A DNA stretch of 64,000 nt from Candidatus Saccharimonadota bacterium. Lineage in GTDB: Bacteria > Patescibacteriota > Saccharimonadia > Saccharimonadales > Saccharimonadaceae. The notes below the pieces were generated by a model that saw nothing but the letters and a program-made list of their open reading frames with translations, made no database searches and was not told the origin of the DNA. The stretch is from assembly GCA_017506895.1 (NCBI GenBank), contig JAFWBV010000005.1, forward strand, positions 67,983-131,982, given 5' to 3'. Every line of letters begins with the position of its first letter. Positions within the stretch are counted from its first letter, which is position 1. This document shows, piece by piece, positions 56,891 to 64,000 of this stretch. Made by a program: the position numbers and the translations under genes.

Positions 56891-57084
56891 TTAGTAAACG
56901 GAAGCGTTTAAGCCCCAAATCTCGCCCTGTTTTCTAATGTTAATTGGGGTTATTGTTTAACCCTAATGACATCATAACGCACATATTGGCACATAAAGAG
57001 AAGTGTAAAAGTAGTGTAAATGGAGAAAGTTTGATGAGGATTTGTCAACGAATGTAAAAAACTGTAACTTTATATAATTAAAAT

Positions 57085-57234
57085 ATGAGCATGAGCAGAA
57101 CAGAAGTTGCTATGGCTATACCTGAATGGGTAGCTCAAATTAAGGACAGAAAAGTGTTAATCTCGGTTTTTGCTTTAATAATCTTTCATATTATTGGAAG
57201 ATTGCCGTTTAATGAAAATGGCTTGAAACAGTAG
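57085..57234 (+). CDS. Candidate 49-aa single-TM small protein
   Basis: TATAAT 6 nt before ATG; hydrophobic VLISVFALIIFHIIG segment. Confidence 0.35.
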   Translation: MSMSRTEVAMAIPEWVAQIKDRKVLISVFALIIFHIIGRLPFNENGLKQ

Positions 57235-57390
57235 ATTGATGAGTTTGATGATTTGAGCAAAAAAACAGAAGAAAGAAGTTTTTGATTTGATAGTATCCCA
57301 CAAGGATTAATAGCCAACCAAAAATCGCTTGTATTTCGCATTTTAAGGCGTGTATGAGCGGTTTTTTGTGCGAAGTAGTATCTTTTAGTG

Positions 57391-58185
57391 TTATGCTTTT
57401 GTCACTCTACCACCAGTAACATCTTCCCAGTATTTAGTTGGGAGATTGGCGACACCCATACCTCTCTGGAACATATCTGTTATTTCCGTAAATCTTAATA
57501 AGTCTTCAATAAATGCAATGACTGCCATATGGGTTAAGAGTGTGTTTCTGCGACCAGTATCGGTCTTCCAGGTTTCTCCCTTATCGTAAACAGCTCGGTA
57601 ATAATACTTGCAGTCTTCATTTTGAGCTAGATAATCGTTGTATGCCAGATAAACAGGGACTGAACAACCACGGAGTGCTTCGGTGGAGATTTGAAAGCCA
57701 CTCAAAACTTCTTCGCTTGGGTTATATTCAAACCAGCTTAATTCCATTTCGCCAGTATTAATGATTTTACCGGTCGTAATTTCTATATCTTCATATTTAA
57801 GTGTCTTTGTGACTTTTGTAGTGTCCATCATATAAGCGATACGGAAGAATAGTGTCGCTAGATAGCCCATATCCATAGCAAAGTCTTTTAACATATATAG
57901 GTCATCCCAGACATTTTTGAAACTTAAGTCTTTTAACCATTCACCATTGGGTAGTTGAAGCTTTGGTCTAAAATCCCAAGGTCTAGGATTGTTTTCTCTC
58001 ACCGTTTCTTTACCTGGATATTGAATGTATAATTTTTCTCCAGTTGGAAATTCTTTCATCAAAATACGGCGTTCTACTTTACCAAATGATAGTCCAGTTT
58101 TATCAAGTTTACTAAATGATTTGATATTAAAAATTTTTTTCTCGTCACTTTCGTTTTTTAATGCTGATGAGTATTCAATCTCCAT
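57391..58185 (-). CDS. Putative type II restriction endonuclease
   Basis: Divergent from the C5 methylase inside the islet; no confident family motif, call is contextual. Confidence 0.55.
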   Translation of the reverse strand: MEIEYSSALKNESDEKKIFNIKSFSKLDKTGLSFGKVERRILMKEFPTGEKLYIQYPGKETVRENNPRPWDFRPKLQLPNGEWLKDLSFKNVWDDLYMLKDFAMDMGYLATLFFRIAYMMDTTKVTKTLKYEDIEITTGKIINTGEMELSWFEYNPSEEVLSGFQISTEALRGCSVPVYLAYNDYLAQNEDCKYYYRAVYDKGETWKTDTGRRNTLLTHMAVIAFIEDLLRFTEITDMFQRGMGVANLPTKYWEDVTGGRVTKA

Positions 58186-58327
58186 TCTTTTTCCTTATCT
58201 CCCCCAGTTAAAGTTACTCTTGTGATACTACTTACTACTAGTTTACACTCTCTTTGCAAGTTTTGAAAGCAAAAAGGCTTTAGGTGTTTTTTGTGTTATA
58301 ATGGAATGCATAGAAAAAGGAGGAAGA

Positions 58328-59548
58328 GTGGCGGAGAAGAAAATTCGTGTGGTTGAATTGTTTGCCGGTGTTGGTGGATTTCGTGTTGGTCTAGAGAGAA
58401 GTTCTTCGATATTTGATACTGTTTGGGCTAATCAATGGGAGCCAGGGCAGAAGGGTCAATGGGCTTATAGGTGTTATGTAAAAAATTTTGGGAGTCCGGA
58501 AAAATGTTCAAATGAAGATATCGCAACTGTAATTGAGGAAACCCCAGAACACGATTTACTTTGTGGTGGTTTTCCGTGCCAGGATTATTCTGTAGCAAGA
58601 ACTGGAGCACGAGGAATAGAGGGTAAAAAAGGAGTGCTATGGTGGTCTATTAATAACATCATTAAACTCCGACATCCAAACTATGTTTTATTAGAAAATG
58701 TAGATAGATTACTGAAATCTCCAGCCAAACAAAGAGGAAGGGATTTTGGCGTCATACTGCGTTGCTTAATGGACGAGGGGTATTTTGTTGAATGGAGAGT
58801 GATAAACGCTGCAGAATATGGATATACTCAAAGACGCAGAAGAACTTTTATTCTTGCTTATAGGGACGGAACAAAACTACATAAGGCACTAGAAAAACAA
58901 GCTAAAAAAGATGATGGAATGAAAAATTGGATTCTATCAGATGGAGTATTTGGAACTGCTTTTCCGGTTGAGAAAGAACCAATTAAAAGAATGAAAGAAG
59001 CTGATGTTTCTTGCTATAAAGATTTGGTAGATTTAACAAAGAATTTTTCCGCACAATTAAATAATGCTGGAGTAATGGTAGATGGCAAAGTGTTGACTAT
59101 TGAAACTACTCCTATTTATGAAGCACCTACAACCCTGTCAAAAATAGTGGAGAAAAAAGGTGTTGATGATCACTACTTTATTTCTGATGACAAGATGAGT
59201 AAATGGACTTATCTAAAAGGCTCAAAGAAGATTGAAAGAAAATCCACTAGTGGCTATACTTATACTTTTTCAGAAGGTGCGATTGCTTTTCCTGACCCAT
59301 TGGATAGACCAGCAAGAACAATGCTAACAAGTGAAAGTTCACTTAATCGAAGCACTCACGTAATTGAGGACCCGAAGACAAAAAAGCTTCGCATATTAAC
59401 ACCGGTAGAATGCGAAAGAATTAATGGATTTCCGGACAACTGGACAAAAACTGATATGCCAGAACGCCAGAGATACTTCATTATGGGAAATGCTTTGGTG
59501 GTTCCAATTATTGAGAGAATCGCAAACGAATTAAAAAATCGTTTTTGA
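58328..59548 (+). CDS. dcm: DNA (cytosine-5) methyltransferase, M.Sau3AI-like
   Basis: ELFAGVGG, ANQWEP, GGFPCQDYSVA, LENVDRLLKSP..QRGRDF, QRRRR, ARTMLTSE, MGNALVV. Confidence 0.93.
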   Translation: MAEKKIRVVELFAGVGGFRVGLERSSSIFDTVWANQWEPGQKGQWAYRCYVKNFGSPEKCSNEDIATVIEETPEHDLLCGGFPCQDYSVARTGARGIEGKKGVLWWSINNIIKLRHPNYVLLENVDRLLKSPAKQRGRDFGVILRCLMDEGYFVEWRVINAAEYGYTQRRRRTFILAYRDGTKLHKALEKQAKKDDGMKNWILSDGVFGTAFPVEKEPIKRMKEADVSCYKDLVDLTKNFSAQLNNAGVMVDGKVLTIETTPIYEAPTTLSKIVEKKGVDDHYFISDDKMSKWTYLKGSKKIERKSTSGYTYTFSEGAIAFPDPLDRPARTMLTSESSLNRSTHVIEDPKTKKLRILTPVECERINGFPDNWTKTDMPERQRYFIMGNALVVPIIERIANELKNRF

Positions 59549-59635
59549 GGGATTCTTATGCTAAATAGCGAATCATAATAGGGGTATTTGTCCGGATGCT
59601 AAAAAATGTTATAATGATATGAAAGAAAGGATTGT

Positions 59636-60322
59636 ATGGCTGGTAAAAAACTTAAAGAGGTTGATGGAACCAATATACCTATAAGCTTTTCCCAAAAAAG
59701 TGGGAATATAGAAAAAACTTCCAGACCGAAAATAACAGTTTTAGAGAAGGAGCTTGGGAAAACACATTTGACCTATGATGATAGAATAGCTTTAACTGAT
59801 AACTATATTATTTCTATGAATGCCTTCAAATCCTCCATAAAGATTATTGATAGCATCAAGTATGATGATATGGTTTGGATTTATACTGGTATGACGGGCG
59901 GAGTTGAAACAACGAATGTGATGAGAGTGTTATCGTTTGTCAAAAGTGGAGATGAAAAAAGTGCAAAGAAAGCTGCATTAATGGCTATGAGCACAGATTT
60001 AGCATTAGGTGTAGTTAATGCGTTGATGATTGGCATACCCGCTGTTAATAATAAAAACATAATGATTATTTTTTCAAAAGATAGAGAAGCTATAGCTATT
60101 GAAGATGCAAATCCACGAACTTTTGGTTCAAAAAGTAGTAAAGAATTCCAAGAATTGCTCGATACCATAGTAAGTAGAGGGCCGAGCAATTTGATGGTAG
60201 GTAGAGAATATGAAGATGATTTTTGCGATATGATGGGTATAGACACCTATAAAACGCCAAGTGATTCCAGCGAATCCACCGACGAATATAGTGAAGGTGA
60301 CGGTGGCGACGATTTATTATAA
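59636..60322 (+). CDS. Hypothetical protein (islet cargo)
   Basis: 228-aa ORF with SD AAGGA and acidic tail. Confidence 0.6.
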   Translation: MAGKKLKEVDGTNIPISFSQKSGNIEKTSRPKITVLEKELGKTHLTYDDRIALTDNYIISMNAFKSSIKIIDSIKYDDMVWIYTGMTGGVETTNVMRVLSFVKSGDEKSAKKAALMAMSTDLALGVVNALMIGIPAVNNKNIMIIFSKDREAIAIEDANPRTFGSKSSKEFQELLDTIVSRGPSNLMVGREYEDDFCDMMGIDTYKTPSDSSESTDEYSEGDGGDDLL

Positions 60323-60373
60323 GGTAATACGGTAGTTTTTTGCAAACAAAAAAAGGGTATTATCCCTTGTAGA

Positions 60374-60460
60374 TGGTGGGCGAGAAGGGACTTGAACCCT
60401 TACTGTATTGCTACAACCAGATTTTGAGTCTAGCGCGTCTACCAGTTCCGCCACTCGCCC
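60374..60460 (-). tRNA. tRNA-Leu(CAA)
   Basis: GGGCGAG/CTCGCCC + ACCA; anticodon stem CTAGA/TCTGG, loop CTCAAAA; long variable arm. Confidence 0.95.
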
Positions 60461-60508
60461 AGTGCTGTAATTATATCATAAACGAGCATAATATGCTATA
60501 ATCAAACC

Positions 60509-61723
60509 ATGGATTCTGAAAACGGTGGGCAATCGTCAAGCGAATTACAGAGACAAACCGCAGCCGCAATCGCCAGAAGGAAAGTTCTGGCGGCTTATGC
60601 TGAGTCGGCCAAAAAATCTTTAAAAGACGCCAATACGAAAGAAGCTCATCTTAAGAATGAACCAATCACTCCGAAAATTAACTCCGAATCATGGAAAAAA
60701 TATCATTCTGCCTGGCAAGATTACTACCAAAAGTATTACAGTGATTATTATTCAAAGGCTGCGCAAGATTATATTGCCAAAGAGCGACTGAAAGATGCGC
60801 GTGAAAAAGCTGAAGAAGAAGAGATTTTAAACTCCTTGAGTTTACTAAGCAAGAAAGATGGGAAAAAACCTGGGCTTAGTCTCCATCCTGAAAAAGAAGG
60901 CAAAGATTCTAGCGGGTCTAGCTCTGAAGAATCAAAGGGAATTGCGGATGAGTTAAAGTTAAAGATTAGGAAAAAGGCCACTGAAAGTGCGAAAAAAACC
61001 CGTAGGCGAAGACATTTGATACCTATAGTCGCTGGTGTTGCAGTGGTGCTTTTGATTATGTTTTTACAATACAACCGTTTAATCTTTGCGCCGATTATGG
61101 CATACGTATCGCCCGGAAATGCCCCGGCTTCACAAATTGATGCAGTTGACCCGACTATTACACAGGAAGTCTCTCCCGACCCAAGGCTAATTATTCCAAA
61201 ATTGAATATAGATGTGCCAATTAGGTTTGGCGTGCCACTGGATCAAGTAATGAGTGCAATGAATAACGGTGTTGCGCACTATCGGATTGCCGGAGCGAGT
61301 GCTTATCCGGGCGAGATAGGGACTTTTGTAATAACAGGACATTCAGCAGGGGATGTTTATAGTTCGAACCCCTACAAATTCATTTTTTCCGGGCTCGAAC
61401 GGCTAGAAGATGGTGATTTAATTTACGTAAACTATAATTCGGTTCGATATACTTACAGAGTGATAAAAAAAGAAGTTGTGGAGCCATCGAACGTGGCAGC
61501 ATTAGTTTCGGATACCAATAAACCCTTAATTACTTTAGTGACCTGCACTCCGCTTGGGACATCGCGCTATCGTTTACTTATCACTGGGGAACAAATATCG
61601 CCAAGTTACGATAATGCTTCAGAAGCAGACAAAATCACCCCAACCACGCAAGAAGCTGAAGTATTACCATCAAACGAACCGTCTTTCTTTGAAAACGTTT
61701 GGAACTTCTTAACCGGCCAATAA
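60509..61723 (+). CDS. Sortase with long cytoplasmic N-terminal region
   Basis: TM then LIIPKL, ITGHS, TLVTCTPLGTSRYRL (His/Cys/Arg triad). Confidence 0.92.
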   Translation: MDSENGGQSSSELQRQTAAAIARRKVLAAYAESAKKSLKDANTKEAHLKNEPITPKINSESWKKYHSAWQDYYQKYYSDYYSKAAQDYIAKERLKDAREKAEEEEILNSLSLLSKKDGKKPGLSLHPEKEGKDSSGSSSEESKGIADELKLKIRKKATESAKKTRRRRHLIPIVAGVAVVLLIMFLQYNRLIFAPIMAYVSPGNAPASQIDAVDPTITQEVSPDPRLIIPKLNIDVPIRFGVPLDQVMSAMNNGVAHYRIAGASAYPGEIGTFVITGHSAGDVYSSNPYKFIFSGLERLEDGDLIYVNYNSVRYTYRVIKKEVVEPSNVAALVSDTNKPLITLVTCTPLGTSRYRLLITGEQISPSYDNASEADKITPTTQEAEVLPSNEPSFFENVWNFLTGQ

Positions 61724-61726
61724 TCT

Positions 61727-63139
61727 TTATCGGCTAATTAGCCATTCACGCATTATGTAATCGTCACTAAAATAATACAGCCACTTGTTTTCGGTGATAG
61801 TAACTGGAAAATGGTTAGATACATTTTTGGCTAATTCTCTGCGGTTGAGACCATCATAATCGTAAACGATGAGATTTCCATCAGTTACCGTATAAAGCAT
61901 GTCGTTATCTAGCCACCCATACTGTTCACCTTCAATTGCCCATTCTACTACATCGTTTGCTTCCATATCAACAACCGCCATCTGGTTGCCGTTTGCCATT
62001 ATAATAAACTCACCATTATGACCAATTTTTAAACTGTTAGGAACAAAACTCAAAACAAAATCTTTACGATCGTCAAGATTATTTTTGTCATATAAAGATA
62101 GGGTGTTTTCTTTGAGAATCGAAATGTATTTTTTGTCATAAAACTTGCTAAGTGCAACTTTAGCAGGCTGAACAGTATTTAGAATAGATGTTCTATTGTT
62201 ATCTCCTAATTTCATGAGACCAACTTCGTATGCTGGCGTTGAAGGTTCTTCGGATTTATTTGCAAGATAGATTAATTCGTTTTCGTAATGGTCAAATTCT
62301 ACAATGTTGTCGACCAAAACAGCGGAAATAGACTTGCCAGACACATCGATTTTGTGAAGATTGCCGTTTTGGATTGCTAATAAATTGTTGGCTGAATTAT
62401 CTAAAATTTCTATGTCGGAAAAGAGACCGCCAAATTCGCGTGATAAGTTGATGCTGTTTTGTGGGTTTCGAACATCGAGTAGTACCCATTCTGTTAAAGT
62501 GTCGTTTTGCGCTTCAAATAATATGTGCGTTTCATCGTGATCCCAATCTGCATCTACAATATTAGCCGTGAATAATCCGATTTTGGATTCTGGAGCCATG
62601 TCAACGCTTTGGAAAAAGCTGGATATATCAATCTCTCGTGGTTTCGGACTTTCTTCCGCTAGGTTTATTAGAAGCCAGTTGGTGGTTTTATTCGTAACTA
62701 ACAACAGGTCGTGGTCTGGTGAAATGATGGCCTGAGTGGCGTCTGGTAGATAATGGTATTTTTCGACCGTTCTGTCGATTAAAAATAGCCTTGGGTAATG
62801 CAGTCGGTAAAGCAGCCCTTCGGCAACGTTGATAGTTTTTGACCAAGAATCATAACCTTCTTTGGTTAGAGTGACATTATGCTCGCCACTCGCTAAGACT
62901 TTGGATGTATTGGTGCGCTGAAGCCAAGATGATTCACCATCAATGACCACACTTGCTCCGGTAGGGGTTGATGAAACCTGAAGCATACCTTGTCTTTCGA
63001 CTTGGAAATCAGAATTTACCCAGTATCCAGAAACGATTAATGCTAAAATTACAACGGTAATAATTACTATAAAAACCATTAAGGCTTCTGAGACAAGTAT
63101 TTTGATGCTCTTTAGTCTCTTTGTTTTTTCAGGATCCAT
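61727..63139 (-). CDS. PEGA-domain membrane-anchored beta-propeller-like protein
   Basis: TM, GMLQVSSTPTGASVVIDG...GEHNVTLTKEGYDSW. Confidence 0.8.
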   Translation of the reverse strand: MDPEKTKRLKSIKILVSEALMVFIVIITVVILALIVSGYWVNSDFQVERQGMLQVSSTPTGASVVIDGESSWLQRTNTSKVLASGEHNVTLTKEGYDSWSKTINVAEGLLYRLHYPRLFLIDRTVEKYHYLPDATQAIISPDHDLLLVTNKTTNWLLINLAEESPKPREIDISSFFQSVDMAPESKIGLFTANIVDADWDHDETHILFEAQNDTLTEWVLLDVRNPQNSINLSREFGGLFSDIEILDNSANNLLAIQNGNLHKIDVSGKSISAVLVDNIVEFDHYENELIYLANKSEEPSTPAYEVGLMKLGDNNRTSILNTVQPAKVALSKFYDKKYISILKENTLSLYDKNNLDDRKDFVLSFVPNSLKIGHNGEFIIMANGNQMAVVDMEANDVVEWAIEGEQYGWLDNDMLYTVTDGNLIVYDYDGLNRRELAKNVSNHFPVTITENKWLYYFSDDYIMREWLISR

Positions 63140-63234
63140 ATGATTAATATTATAACATAATTATTATAAAAATTAATACTTGCGCTTTTTTTAAAAGACG
63201 TGTATTATAAATATAAGAATAAGCGAGGTGCATA

Positions 63235-63999
63235 ATGCAAAGGACCGATATAGATAATACAGCTAGGGTGGCGCATAGGCAAGTGAGGTCTTCGACGACC
63301 TTGAATCGGCGCTATGTTAGACGTCCGGGTCAAAGTACGGATGTTGCTGTTTCGATAAAGAAAAGTCCAGCTGTTTCGCATTTTCGTTCTGAGATAATTA
63401 GTAGTGGTACTACTAATGTCAAAACCGCCCAAAAGATTGCCCCAGCTCAGTCTCATCCACTGCAAACTTTAGCTAATCAACGCGTGAAGATGATGCGGGA
63501 TAGTAGCGTCCAAAAGACTGGCTTAGTTTCTGGAGTAACTGCAAAACAAATGAAAGATGACGCTATCCAAAAAGCTCTAACGTCAACTATGAAGCAGGAC
63601 AAGAAAAAAACTTCTAGCAAAAAGAGCAACAAAATGCATTTTGGATTTGGAAGAGTCGTTTTGGCGCTTTCTTGTGCAGCTGTAGCTTTGCTAGCGATTG
63701 TTTATTTTGTAAATCTCAACATGCCTGACATTTCTCTTAGAGTTGCCGCAATGCAGACTGGGATAGAAGCGTCTTACCCTTCATATGTGCCGCGTGATTA
63801 CTCTCTGGCGGACATCACGTCTCAAGATGGCAAAATAACCTTAAATTTCAAAAACAGCCAGACCGACAGTAGCATTGTTTTAGTGGAAGAAAAATCATCT
63901 TGGGATTCAAATGCACTTTTGGCAAATTTCGTAAAGAATGAATTTTCTGAAAATTATACAACAATTCGCGAACAAGGTTTGACTATTTATGTTGATGGT
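63235..63999 (+). CDS. Hypothetical membrane-anchored protein, 3'-truncated by window edge
   Basis: SD GAGG, ATG at 63235, frame open to window end; TM near residue 150 then YPSYVPRDYS. Not in the supplied ORF track. Confidence 0.75.
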   Translation, partial: MQRTDIDNTARVAHRQVRSSTTLNRRYVRRPGQSTDVAVSIKKSPAVSHFRSEIISSGTTNVKTAQKIAPAQSHPLQTLANQRVKMMRDSSVQKTGLVSGVTAKQMKDDAIQKALTSTMKQDKKKTSSKKSNKMHFGFGRVVLALSCAAVALLAIVYFVNLNMPDISLRVAAMQTGIEASYPSYVPRDYSLADITSQDGKITLNFKNSQTDSSIVLVEEKSSWDSNALLANFVKNEFSENYTTIREQGLTIYVDG

Positions 64000-64000
64000 A

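Larger units (their letters stand above)
56835..60460. mobile_element. tRNA-Leu(CAA)-integrated restriction-modification islet without integrase
   Basis: 56-bp direct repeats; arm-like repeats near attR; cargo is an endonuclease-like gene, a C5 methylase and a hypothetical gene. Confidence 0.85.

Noticed and set aside
1692-63465. Numerous short antisense or overlapping ORFs in the track (for example 1813-2151, 8295-8750, 30422-30715, 63205-63465)
   Set aside because: They are shadow frames of well-supported genes with no independent motifs or initiation signals.

Overview
A 64 kb bacterial chromosomal segment, dense in genes and using the standard code. The gene repertoire and sequence style suggest a Patescibacteria/Saccharibacteria (TM7)-type genome; this is inference, not a database result. 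Core genes: tsf-rpsB, rpmE2, frr-uppS-rseP, proS, greA, lysS, uvrB, a class A PBP, murJ, gatCAB, fusA, tuf, rpsJ, dnaE, smpB, xth, and metK with a SAM-I/IV-type riboswitch. It also holds two tRNA-Leu genes, a peptidoglycan cluster (MurF-like, hydrolase, DegT-like aminotransferase, two FemABX ligases), a sortase with candidate PDTG substrates, and several surface proteins. A 3.6 kb integrase-less restriction-modification islet sits in tRNA-Leu(CAA). The most unusual observations are: (1) GC-rich palindromic elements of about 85-95 bp inserted in frame in uvrB and gatB, sharing a 38-nt core (33/38 identical) read in different frames and reminiscent of Rickettsia palindromic elements; (2) an EF-G with both guanine-recognition motifs altered (G4 NKIN, G5 GGD); (3) a two-gene phosphoketolase; (4) a thioester-domain-like adhesin; (5) a TM-anchored HEPN-like gene plus a 23-codon coupling ORF inside gatCAB; (6) widespread leaderless-type promoters. 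All calls come from reading the sequence only; no searches were run.
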